Shown one piece after another: positions 19,501-26,967 of a DNA stretch of 64,000 bases. Position 1 is the first letter of the stretch; every line of letters begins with the position of its first letter. Position numbers and translations under genes: made by a program. The notes below the pieces were generated by a model, which was not told the origin of the DNA, searched no databases, and worked only from the letters and a program-made list of their open reading frames with translations. This DNA comes from Candidatus Latescibacterota bacterium. Lineage in GTDB: Bacteria; Latescibacterota; UBA2968; GCA-2709665. The stretch spans positions 288,001-352,000 of the forward strand of contig CAXXXF010000003.1 of NCBI GenBank assembly GCA_963667175.2, given 5' to 3'.

Positions 19501-19831
19501 TGTCGGCCAGCAGCAGCCGGGTCTCATCCGCGCCGACCGAGCCCGCCTCCAGCGCCAGGTTCATCGCGTCGACGTCCCGCTTGAGATCCAGAAGCGTCTT
19601 ACGGTTCTGTATCCGCAGGTCCTTGAGTATCTCCTCGAAGTGGCCAACGGGGGAACCCCTGGTCGGACGGGGCTTTTCGACGCGAAGAGACCGCCGCCCA
19701 TCCAACTTCAGATGGATGCTGTCCACCGGTCCTCCCATGCCCCGGACCCGCACGTCCAGCGAATCCCCATGCGCGGCATTCGCGCCTGCCAGTATCAGAT
19801 AGAACAAAACAACAGGTGTCACGGATCGCAT
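16505..19831 (-). CDS. Secreted TPR + divergent GWxTD-like domain protein
   Basis: Signal peptide (MRSVTPVVLFYLILAGANAAHG). TPRs (APAYVGLGRTY). W.SRDPTP..NVRLAEHYRRILYAE...FNDPGLIYIRHG. C-terminal Ig-like IYFELYNL. Confidence 0.78.
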   Translation of the reverse strand: MRSVTPVVLFYLILAGANAAHGDSLDVRVRGMGGPVDSIHLKLDGRRSLRVEKPRPTRGSPVGHFEEILKDLRIQNRKTLLDLKRDVDAMNLALEAGSVGADETRLLLADIRMRRIDARVSLNLMGFMNRVAKDDDLSGRWSAPVHLIMPAPATPNVLVVNRTRGQMAADVWDTDTIRVVYVPAFSGFAKEAMPDENALERAADVTAEVSVYGAEAVAAAVEGLDEAQGGGMIGSITVVSVSDPAAAHAQPGATAADPPARGVLVFPSTMVPRPERLLLDGAEPVATRDLEGVRLIHLVDSDTLVRRLNANPGTRRTEFERATGPGTGVRPRRVPRQIRERGSSPAGAGGPPASRGTLAADPEGPAAYNQGIGMLAAGKLDEAKQRFEDAISEDDGYAPAYVGLGRTYLQQDAWEDAKYTLKRALKRAPESPSALMALSDVAMAEENWGDQKKWSGRILERDPDNPKALYRRAIAYREAGKFKGTVARWLDWRRSDRHFRQLLDKAPQYRDALYQYAVLKRYDKAFIEAVRLGENQVRRKPDEPVHRRRLRRLYLYFLDNTDPKDALKWMRRHGSEFARYFEGDALRLAGRTARADTVLRAWLASDPSLSVIPAYLSLARIAYGQEEVEKGEGYYNEAVESIRDSLDARLMYEDVKYIVSVEEMDAFSRLETQTSFREFFRKVWVSRDPTPAVFPNVRLAEHYRRILYAERYYIYDGFRTWFYDPDQGDDIPYPSTVELNDRFNDPGLIYIRHGRASDTQKFSMQEVWHYWKTDAFPKMVFNFVATPSSMGSNWRLVESLSGSGNYGARLRWENEKYRREARRSVETGLQTDRHSWKDDVDELDYESYLAYFKGEGGKGDVELYYGMPFKALKKDYNQLPDTSAVYEYGLSLHDLQWNRFENLTGYVRKAQVERSRYEDRSLGLLRLSTSPDSSHAAFFLRPLRGNRLGGWKQDVRIPHFSETDLEMSSVVPAHVIWPDVEGNEGFNVRGLNAVPNPSLRFSRKDPVYIYFELYNLTPDLRGTTSFDISYGLTRLKQRGVRRLLRIFGSGKKPATTVSVSQLGDTPDTREYRSLDLSKAGSGEFLLTVRVRDNHAGAEREKTVELVLE

Positions 19832-19836
19832 AGCCG

Positions 19837-20310
19837 CTATCTCCACTGTTGCTCCAGTTCAGCTTCCATTTCCAGGATTGACGCCTTGATCTGCGCCAGT
19901 TCCTTCCGAACGGGCGCGGAACTTCCGTTTCCGGTGGGATAAACCGGTCCGTACATCTCCAATCCCCAGATCGCGAGCATCAAGGCGGCGGCCACCGCCG
20001 CCGGCGCGAGCACCCCGCGGGGAATCCTGTCGGCCAGGTCCGACGGGCGCCATGGATTGCGCCCCGGCCTCGCGGGCAGTCGTTCCGACAGGCTGTCCCA
20101 GAACCCCGCCGGGACCGTTTCGTTCCCCACGGTCGCCGCAAAGTGGCGCCGGACCGCGTCGTCGCTCTGGCGCAGTCGCTCAAAAGCCCGCGCGCAATCC
20201 ATGCACCGCGCCGCGTGAGACCGCATCGCCTCTTCCTCAATCGGGGACAAATCGCCGTCCAGATAGATGTGCATCCGCCTTCTGGTTTCACGACACGCAA
20301 GATTCGGCAT
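19837..20310 (-). CDS. zf-HC2 (ZAS) membrane-anchored anti-sigma factor
   Basis: C...YLDGDL...H-AAR-C-MD-C (HxxxCxxC) motif, one TM helix, directly downstream of an ECF sigma gene. Confidence 0.88.
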   Translation of the reverse strand: MPNLACRETRRRMHIYLDGDLSPIEEEAMRSHAARCMDCARAFERLRQSDDAVRRHFAATVGNETVPAGFWDSLSERLPARPGRNPWRPSDLADRIPRGVLAPAAVAAALMLAIWGLEMYGPVYPTGNGSSAPVRKELAQIKASILEMEAELEQQWR

Positions 20311-20333
20311 GTTGCAACCCTTTCTCGTTTCGA

Positions 20334-20894
20334 TCAATCCAACAGACCCTGTCTCTCGATCTCTTTCTGCAATTTTTCTCTGGCACGGTACAGACGGGAC
20401 TTTACCGTACCCTCGGGAACGTTGAGGATTTCCGCAACTTCACTGCATGTAAGTTCCTGCAGATAGGTCAACACCACAACCTCGTGGAGCTTACCCGGCA
20501 GCCGATCGATGATCGACCGCAGGCGAATCCGCGCGTCTCGCTTCGCAAACACGGCGTCTGGCGCTTCCGTCGCGGCGGAGGCCAGACCTCCGAACCAGGA
20601 GGGGGGGGTCAGTCGCTCGAGGCGCCGACGCCGGCGCCGACGCCGCGCGTTCAATGCGGTTCGAACCGCGATCCGGTAAAGCCAGGCCTGAAACGGAACC
20701 TGCCCCGAAAACGAACCCAGTCCCCGGAAGGTCCGAACAAAGGCGTCCTGGGCCGCTTCTTCCGCCTCTTCGCGACTGCCCAGAACCGAAAGCGCAACGC
20801 GGAAGACAAAGTCCTGGTGGGGTTCGATCAGCCTCCGGAACGCGTCCCGATTTCCCGAAAGACACTGCTGGATCAGGTCCCGCTCCTGGGGCAT
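20334..20894 (-). CDS. ECF RNA polymerase sigma-70 factor (RpoE/SigW-like)
   Basis: C-terminal part of ORF 20334..22334; ATG 20894 with ggag RBS. GNRDAFRRLI, AEEAAQDAF, FQAWLYRIA (region 2), EVAEILNVPEGTVKSRLYRAR (region 4). Confidence 0.92.
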   Translation of the reverse strand: MPQERDLIQQCLSGNRDAFRRLIEPHQDFVFRVALSVLGSREEAEEAAQDAFVRTFRGLGSFSGQVPFQAWLYRIAVRTALNARRRRRRRRLERLTPPSWFGGLASAATEAPDAVFAKRDARIRLRSIIDRLPGKLHEVVVLTYLQELTCSEVAEILNVPEGTVKSRLYRAREKLQKEIERQGLLD

Positions 20895-21168
20895 TGTGGA
20901 CTCCGGCGTCTTGGCCTGCTGATGAATCGCGATCGTGAAATGCCTTTGTAGTTCTGCGGATAACACTTTTTTTCCCTGAACCGGCGGAGGACGGAAGCGC
21001 TGATTGCCATGTCTCACAACCTGCAAGACACGGCTTCTGTCGAACAGGTTCGATAAAATTTCACCAGTTTCGGTCAAAAAGCAACCACTATCACGGGGAA
21101 GCGAGACACGTGCGATTCCTGTATGCGCGTGGGAGGATGGGTCTCGCTGTCCACCGCCGAATAATCCC

Positions 21169-21197
21169 TTGACGCGTCGGGTCCATGTTCCTACTTT
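21169..21197 (+). promoter_or_regulatory. Putative sigma70 promoter
   Basis: TTGACG-N17-TACTTT about 75 bp upstream of ATG 21273. Confidence 0.5.
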
Positions 21198-21272
21198 TTT
21201 GACGTGGCGGCCTGAGAAAACGGGAATCGCGCCCGCCCTGAGCTTTCTCACCATCTTCACGGAGATTATACG

Positions 21273-22643
21273 ATGCCGGATCCGAAATACCTTCTCGACG
21301 ACAGGAAGATGCAGGAATTCATCGCCAATGGATTCATCACGATCAAGGTCGACCTCCCGCCCGGGTTCCACGAGGAAATCTACAGGAAGACCGACGAAGT
21401 GTTCCGGAAGGAAGGGAACCCCGGCAACAACGTCCTGCCGCGCATTCCCGAAATCCAGACCGTTTTCGACCAGCCCGAAGTCCGGGGCGCGTTTTCGTCG
21501 ATCCTCGGGCGCGACCATACCATGCACGTCCACCGCCACTGCCACTTCAACGTGCCCAACGGCAAGGGTGGGGGATGGCACAAAGACAGCTACTGGGGCT
21601 ACTATAAGCTGCGTTACCTCCGCAACCGGTGGGCGATGGCGTTTTACTACCCGCAGGACGTGGAGCTCGAGAACGGGCCAACGGGCGTTATCCCCCACAC
21701 GCACTGCTACGTGGACCGGCTGAAGGACCCGGACGAGGCCGGAATTTCCGTTTGCGGCGAAGCGGGAACGATCGCGATCGTCCACTTCGACATCTGGCAC
21801 CGGGCCATGCCCAACCTGGCGGACAAGCGGCGGTATATGATGAAATTCCAGTTCACGCGGATGTCCGAGCCCACGCAGCCGGATTGGAACCACAATGACG
21901 GCGCCTGGCGCAACGCGGACGTCGGAAACCGGCACCCGTTCGTATGGAACAGCATCTGGGAATGGTCTCGAGGCGGGAACGCCAACGGCCACGCGGGCAA
22001 CGTGGCCGCGCTTGCGCGGACCCTTCAGGACGGCGACGAGCCCGCCCGGCTCAACGCGGCATACGAGCTCGCTGCGACGGGCGAACAGGCTGTCGGACCG
22101 CTTTCGCGCGCCCTTCGTTCGGCCGACGACGGCGTCAAACTCCACGCCGCGTACGGTCTGGCTGCCGTGGGAGAACCCGCCGTTTCCGATCTCGTCGCCG
22201 CGCTCGGAGATGACGATGAAAAGGTGCGCGGTCACGCCGCCTTCGCGCTGGGCGATGCCGGTCCCGCCGCGGCCGGGGCGGTGTCCGCCCTTGCAGGCGC
22301 GATCAACGATCCCTCCGAATGGGTGCGCCACCACGCGGCCGAGGCCATGGGTACCATCGCCCGCGACCCGGACGAGGCCGTGCCCGCTCTGGCAAACGCG
22401 TTGAAAGACGACGACGGCCAGGTCCGTTACAACGCGGCGTATTCCCTGGCGCGGTTCGGGTCAGACGCCGAAGCGGCCGTCCCGGCTCTCGGCGAAGCCC
22501 TGGAGGACGAAAATCGATACGCGTCGGGGCACGCGGCGGTGGCGCTGGAGTATATCGGCACGCCCGGAGCGCTCAACATCCTCCTGGACCATCTCGCCAC
22601 GGCCCGGTGGTGCCCCATCACCACGCGCGAGGACCTTTATTAA
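21273..22643 (+). CDS. PhyH-family Fe(II)/2OG dioxygenase fused to HEAT (PBS lyase-like) repeats
   Basis: WHKD, NGPTGVIPHTH and WHRA facial-triad motifs; C-terminal VRxxAAxALG repeats. Confidence 0.88.
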   Translation: MPDPKYLLDDRKMQEFIANGFITIKVDLPPGFHEEIYRKTDEVFRKEGNPGNNVLPRIPEIQTVFDQPEVRGAFSSILGRDHTMHVHRHCHFNVPNGKGGGWHKDSYWGYYKLRYLRNRWAMAFYYPQDVELENGPTGVIPHTHCYVDRLKDPDEAGISVCGEAGTIAIVHFDIWHRAMPNLADKRRYMMKFQFTRMSEPTQPDWNHNDGAWRNADVGNRHPFVWNSIWEWSRGGNANGHAGNVAALARTLQDGDEPARLNAAYELAATGEQAVGPLSRALRSADDGVKLHAAYGLAAVGEPAVSDLVAALGDDDEKVRGHAAFALGDAGPAAAGAVSALAGAINDPSEWVRHHAAEAMGTIARDPDEAVPALANALKDDDGQVRYNAAYSLARFGSDAEAAVPALGEALEDENRYASGHAAVALEYIGTPGALNILLDHLATARWCPITTREDLY

Positions 22644-22669
22644 GTACTCTCCGCGCCGTCGTTTCGTTT

Positions 22670-22695
22670 GTAGGGGCAACCCTTGTGGTTGCCCG
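22670..22695 (+). repeat. GTAG-type REP palindrome
   Basis: GTAG-GGGCAACC-CTTGT-GGTTGCCC. Confidence 0.7.
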
Positions 22696-22773
22696 CATTG
22701 ACGTCGATTGTTTCGCTTTTCTCTGTGTCTTCGTGTCTTTGTGTGAGTGGTGTTTTCCGGATCGGTTCTGGCT

Positions 22774-23901
22774 ATGACAACCGACTTCTGCAAACTGATT
22801 TCCAGTCTCGCCGCGCTGATTCTCTTCTCGGCCTGCGGAGGCAAGGAAACGCCCCCTGCCTCCGATCCGGCGCCTGCCGAACCGACGGGCGGACGGGACG
22901 TGAGCAACCGCGCGCTGCTATCCGACGACAACTTCGGGGCGGACGCGAATCCCACCGGCAATCCCATCGGCGGCGGCGAGGGCTACGATCAGCTGGTGGT
23001 GGAGTACGACTATCTGGTTACAAATCGCGCGGAACTTCTGGACGCGCTCACGAAGGCGACCGGGGGGCAGGTGGTCTACGTGGCGGACACCGCCAGGGTG
23101 GACCTGACGGGCGACACGGATATCGAAATCCGGGCGGGCGTTACGCTGGCCAGCGGCCGGGGCAAGTCCGATTCCGAGGGGGGCCTTATCTTCTCAGAAC
23201 AACTGGATACGGCCCCTCTGTTTGTCGCCAGCGGTCCCGACGTCCGCCTTACCGGCCTCAGGCTGGAGGGACCGGACTCGATGCGGCGCACGGAACAGAT
23301 GAAACAGCTCCTGTCTGAAGGGCGGTATTACAGCATCCCCAACTCCAGGGCCATCGAGACCTTCCAGCCCAGGCTGGAAGTGGACAACTGCGAACTCTGG
23401 GGCTGGAGCCACGGCGCGATCTTCCTCCGGCGGAATTCCACGGACAACCATATCCACCACAACTACATCCATCACAATCAGCGCCACGGTCTCGGGTACG
23501 GCGTGGTGATGGACGATTCCGAGGCGCTCATCGAAGCCAACCTGTTCGACTGGTGCCGGCACCACATTGCCGGCACCGGCAGGCCGAACACCAGCTACGA
23601 GGCCAGATACAACATGGTTCTGGAGAACGCCAACAGCCACAGCTTCGACATGCACGGCGGCCGGGACCGGGACGACGGAACGGACGTCGCAGGAAACCTC
23701 ATTCTCATTCACCACAACACGTTTCTGGCCGTGGACGTGGAGGCGGTGGTCATCCGGGGCATACCGCGGGATATCTGCGACGTCTACAACAACTGGTTTA
23801 TCCACTGGCTCCCGGCAACGGCGATCAGACAGGTCTACGCCACGGGAAACATGAGAAACTACTCCAACCAGTACACGCACACCCGGGTCGTGAAGGACTG
23901 A
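22774..23901 (+). CDS. Lipoprotein with right-handed parallel beta-helix (pectin-lyase-like)
   Basis: Lipobox LFSAC. DNCELWGWSHGAI, HIHHNYIHHNQ..GLGYGV. Paralog of 61907-62992. Confidence 0.78.
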   Translation: MTTDFCKLISSLAALILFSACGGKETPPASDPAPAEPTGGRDVSNRALLSDDNFGADANPTGNPIGGGEGYDQLVVEYDYLVTNRAELLDALTKATGGQVVYVADTARVDLTGDTDIEIRAGVTLASGRGKSDSEGGLIFSEQLDTAPLFVASGPDVRLTGLRLEGPDSMRRTEQMKQLLSEGRYYSIPNSRAIETFQPRLEVDNCELWGWSHGAIFLRRNSTDNHIHHNYIHHNQRHGLGYGVVMDDSEALIEANLFDWCRHHIAGTGRPNTSYEARYNMVLENANSHSFDMHGGRDRDDGTDVAGNLILIHHNTFLAVDVEAVVIRGIPRDICDVYNNWFIHWLPATAIRQVYATGNMRNYSNQYTHTRVVKD

Positions 23902-23936
23902 GCGAACCACGCGTTGTCGCGAAAGGAGTCCGGCGA

Positions 23937-24389
23937 ATGCCGAAGCAGTGGAAGGTATACCTGGCCGGCGAAATCCACAGCGACTGGCGGGACCGGATCA
24001 TCAGCGGCGCCGCGGAGAAGGAACTTCCTGTTGCGTTCACGACGGCGGTCACGGACCACGCGGCGAGCGACAACTGCGGCGTGGATATCCTCGGCCCGGA
24101 GGACTCCTCGTTCTGGAAGGACCACAAGGGCGCGAAGATCAATGCCATCCGGACGCGAACGCTCATTGGCGACGCCGATATCGCGGTCGTGCGCTTCGGA
24201 GACAAATACCGTCAGTGGAACGCGGCGTTCGACGCGGGGTTCGCAGCGGCTCTCGGCAAACCCGTTGTCGTGATTCACGATTCTGCGAATGCTCACGCGC
24301 TGAAGGAGGTCGACGCGGCCGCGATGGCGGTGGCGGAGACGCCCGAACAGGTCGTGGACGTGCTCGCCTACGTGACCCGCGGAACCTGA
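23937..24389 (+). CDS. ytoQ: YtoQ family protein (nucleoside 2-deoxyribosyltransferase-like fold)
   Basis: aaggag RBS. VYLAGEIHSDWR, VTDHAASD, VRFGDKYRQWNAAFDAG, HALKEVD. Confidence 0.88.
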   Translation: MPKQWKVYLAGEIHSDWRDRIISGAAEKELPVAFTTAVTDHAASDNCGVDILGPEDSSFWKDHKGAKINAIRTRTLIGDADIAVVRFGDKYRQWNAAFDAGFAAALGKPVVVIHDSANAHALKEVDAAAMAVAETPEQVVDVLAYVTRGT

Positions 24390-24450
24390 ATGGCGCGGTC
24401 CACGCGCGTAGTCCACCCTGGATCCCGCATGCTGCCGCATAAAAATCCCC

Positions 24451-24479
24451 TTGAAAGATGAACAAAGATGCACTATATT
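24451..24479 (+). promoter_or_regulatory. Putative sigma70 promoter for parE
   Basis: TTGAAA-N17-TATATT. Confidence 0.5.
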
Positions 24480-24627
24480 ATAGTGCTGGCTTTCCCCTTT
24501 ATTTCCCCGTAGTTATGCTCTTGACAGGCCCCGTTCCGTCCTGATCCCGCGTCAGGCGCCCAGGTCTCCCCTTTCGCATCATCGCCGCGCGGGATTGCGC
24601 GTTCCAGCGATCCCGAAAAGGTGTGCT

Positions 24628-26529
24628 ATGCCCGAAACCAGACCGACAATCCGGAATGCGAGTCAGCTGTCGCTTTCCATCAACGGGAAACCCGCCTCCA
24701 CCCCGAGGTCCACCCGCAAGCGCAAGAATGGCGCATCGCCGGAACACGGGTACGACGAGTCCAAGGTCAAGACGCTCAGCTCGCTGGAGCACATCCGCCT
24801 CCGCACCGGAATGTACATCGGCCGGCTCGGCGACGGGTCCAATCCGGACGACGGCATCTACGTGCTGCTCAAGGAAGTCATCGACAACGCCGTCGACGAA
24901 TTCATCATGGGCTACGGAAAGAAGATCGACGTCAGCATCGAAGAAAACCGGGTCCGGGTCCGGGACTACGGCCGCGGCATTCCGCTGGGCAAGGTGATCG
25001 ACTGCGTTTCAATCATCAATACAGGCGCCAAGTACAACGACGACGTGTTCCAGTTCAGCGTGGGCCTGAACGGCGTGGGCACCAAGGCCGTGAATGCCCT
25101 TTCCTCGGACTTCCGGGCGGTTGCGTTCAGGGACGGCAGTTTCTTCGAAGCGCGTTTCGAACGCGGCCGTCTGAAAGAGAAAATCGAGGGCCGGAAACCC
25201 GGCGAACCCGACGGGTCCTGTTTCGAGTTCCTGCCCGATGTACAGATTTTCGGCGAAGACTTCGCGTTCAATTTCGATTTCGTCCGGCATCGCCTGTGGA
25301 ACTACGCCTGTCTGAACAGCGGGCTTTCGCTCGTTTTCAACAAGGAGCGATTCGTATCCAGGCACGGATTGCTGGACTTCCTTAGCCGCGAAGTCGGCGA
25401 GACGGCCCTTTACGAACCGTTGTATCACAAGTCCCAATACCTCGAGTTTGCGTTCAGCCACACGGTCAGCTATGGCGAAACGTACTTCTCTTTCGTCAAC
25501 GGCCAGCACACCAGCGACGGCGGCGCCCACCAGAGCGCCTTTCGCGAGGGCATCCTCAAGGGCGTGAACGAATTCTACAAGAAGAACTACAACGGCATCG
25601 ACGTTCGTGAGAGCATCTCCGGCGCCGTATCGGTCAAGCTCAAGGCGCCTGTTTTCGAGTCGCAGACCAAGAACAAACTGGGGAATACGGACATTCGGGG
25701 ATGGATTGTCTCGGAGGTCAAGAGCGCCGTGGTCGACCTCCTTCACAAGAACCAGACCGCGGCCCGGCGCCTGTCCGAGAAAATCGCCCAGAACGAAAAA
25801 TTGAGAAAGGAACTCAACGCCGTCAAGAAAGAGGCCAAGGAGGCCGCGCGGAAGATCGCAATCAAGATTCCGCACTTCAAAGACTGCAAGTTCCACCTGG
25901 GCCACAAGAAGCACGGCGAAGACTCAACCATCTTCATTACCGAGGGCCCTTCGGCGGCGGGGTCCATGGTTTCCGCGCGCGACGTCTATTCCCAGGCCAT
26001 CTTCGGCCTTAAGGGCGTTCCGCTGAACGTCTTCGGCAAGAACAAAGCCGCAGTGTACAAGAACGAGGAGCTCTACAACCTGATGATGGCGTTGGGCATC
26101 GAAGACAACATCGAAAACCTGCGCTTCAACAGGATTGTCATCGCCACCGACGCCGACCACGACGGTTACCACATTCGCTATCTGCTCCTCACCTATTTCC
26201 TGAATTACTTCGAAGAACTCGTGCTCGCGGGACACCTCTATATTCTCGAAACCCCGCTCTTCCGCGTCCGGAACGGCAAGGTCACCCGGTACTGCTACAA
26301 CAATAAGGAACGGGACAGCGCCCTGGAGGAGGTAAAGAACCCTGAGATCACCCGCTTCAAGGGCCTCGGGGAGATCTCGCCGAAGGAATTCGGTCAGTTC
26401 ATCGGCGACGATATGCGGCTGGTCAAAGTCAACATCAGGTCCATCTCCGAAATCGCCGATACGCTCAGCTTCTACATGGGCAAGAACACCCCCGAACGCA
26501 GGGACTACATCATCGATAACCTGATCTGA
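24628..26529 (+). CDS. parE: DNA topoisomerase IV subunit B (Bacteroidota/Chlamydia/spirochaete-type)
   Basis: EHIRLRTGMYIG, EVIDNAVDE, DYGRGIP, GLNGVG, TOPRIM DADHDG, TRFKGLGE, MGKNTPERR. Confidence 0.9.
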   Translation: MPETRPTIRNASQLSLSINGKPASTPRSTRKRKNGASPEHGYDESKVKTLSSLEHIRLRTGMYIGRLGDGSNPDDGIYVLLKEVIDNAVDEFIMGYGKKIDVSIEENRVRVRDYGRGIPLGKVIDCVSIINTGAKYNDDVFQFSVGLNGVGTKAVNALSSDFRAVAFRDGSFFEARFERGRLKEKIEGRKPGEPDGSCFEFLPDVQIFGEDFAFNFDFVRHRLWNYACLNSGLSLVFNKERFVSRHGLLDFLSREVGETALYEPLYHKSQYLEFAFSHTVSYGETYFSFVNGQHTSDGGAHQSAFREGILKGVNEFYKKNYNGIDVRESISGAVSVKLKAPVFESQTKNKLGNTDIRGWIVSEVKSAVVDLLHKNQTAARRLSEKIAQNEKLRKELNAVKKEAKEAARKIAIKIPHFKDCKFHLGHKKHGEDSTIFITEGPSAAGSMVSARDVYSQAIFGLKGVPLNVFGKNKAAVYKNEELYNLMMALGIEDNIENLRFNRIVIATDADHDGYHIRYLLLTYFLNYFEELVLAGHLYILETPLFRVRNGKVTRYCYNNKERDSALEEVKNPEITRFKGLGEISPKEFGQFIGDDMRLVKVNIRSISEIADTLSFYMGKNTPERRDYIIDNLI

Positions 26530-26582
26530 ACACCGGGTCAGTGTTCGGTCTCGGAAATAAGTTGCCTGAATTCGGCCGGAGA

Positions 26583-26720
26583 AAAGCAGCAATCAGCTAT
26601 CAGCACTCAGCCGTCAGCGAAAATCAAAAGCAAAAATCAGCTCACACAAAGACACGAAGACACGAAGAAAATCAAAACAGCTATCAGCGGTCAGCATTCG
26701 GCAATCAGCTTGAAGCAAGA
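26583..26720. repeat. Heptamer (cagcNNt) tracts and cacaaagacacgaaga repeat between parE and parC
   Basis: cagcaat-cagctat-cagcact-cagccgt-cagc; ctcacacaaagacacgaagacacgaaga; cagctat-cagcggt-cagcatt-cggcaat-cagc. Confidence 0.75.
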
Positions 26721-26766
26721 ACGAAAGTCAAAAACACAGAACGTCGAAATCCGCGGCGTCTGAGCG

Positions 26767-26801
26767 GCCTGCCTGCGCCGAAGCCTGCTCGGCAGGCAGG
26801 C
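26767..26801. repeat. 35-bp GCCTGCCTG-ended palindromic mini-element
   Basis: gcctgcctgcgccgaagcctgctcggcaggcaggc; its reverse complement matches 60534-60568 at all but 3 positions. Confidence 0.75.
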
Positions 26802-26967
26802 GCGGTTCTTTTTGGTCCTTTTTCTTACGCGCTATAAGAAAAAGGACGAAGAAGAAAAAAGAAACGGGAGAGGTAAAGTTCGGGACCGCCCGGAACGCAG
26901 TTTCAGTGCGTGTTCTTCCGGCGACAGGCGACGACCTGTTGATGCAGTAAGTGAAGAGGGAAAAACC

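Noticed and set aside
20900-21000. Autoregulatory ECF promoter upstream of the sigma gene
   Set aside because: A GAAC-like hexamer exists on the minus strand, but I could not pair it with a convincing -10 element at the right spacing.
21200-21270. Hairpin with CTGAGA in the 5' UTR (also gctgagat near 9070) as a possible TPP riboswitch
   Set aside because: The other conserved TPP elements (ACCUGA, UAAU..C.GCG.AGG) are absent, and the downstream genes are unrelated to thiamine.
20895-22334. N-terminal ~480 aa of the 666-aa ORF 20334..22334
   Set aside because: Antisense shadow of the PhyH-HEAT gene; only 20334-20894 encodes the sigma factor.
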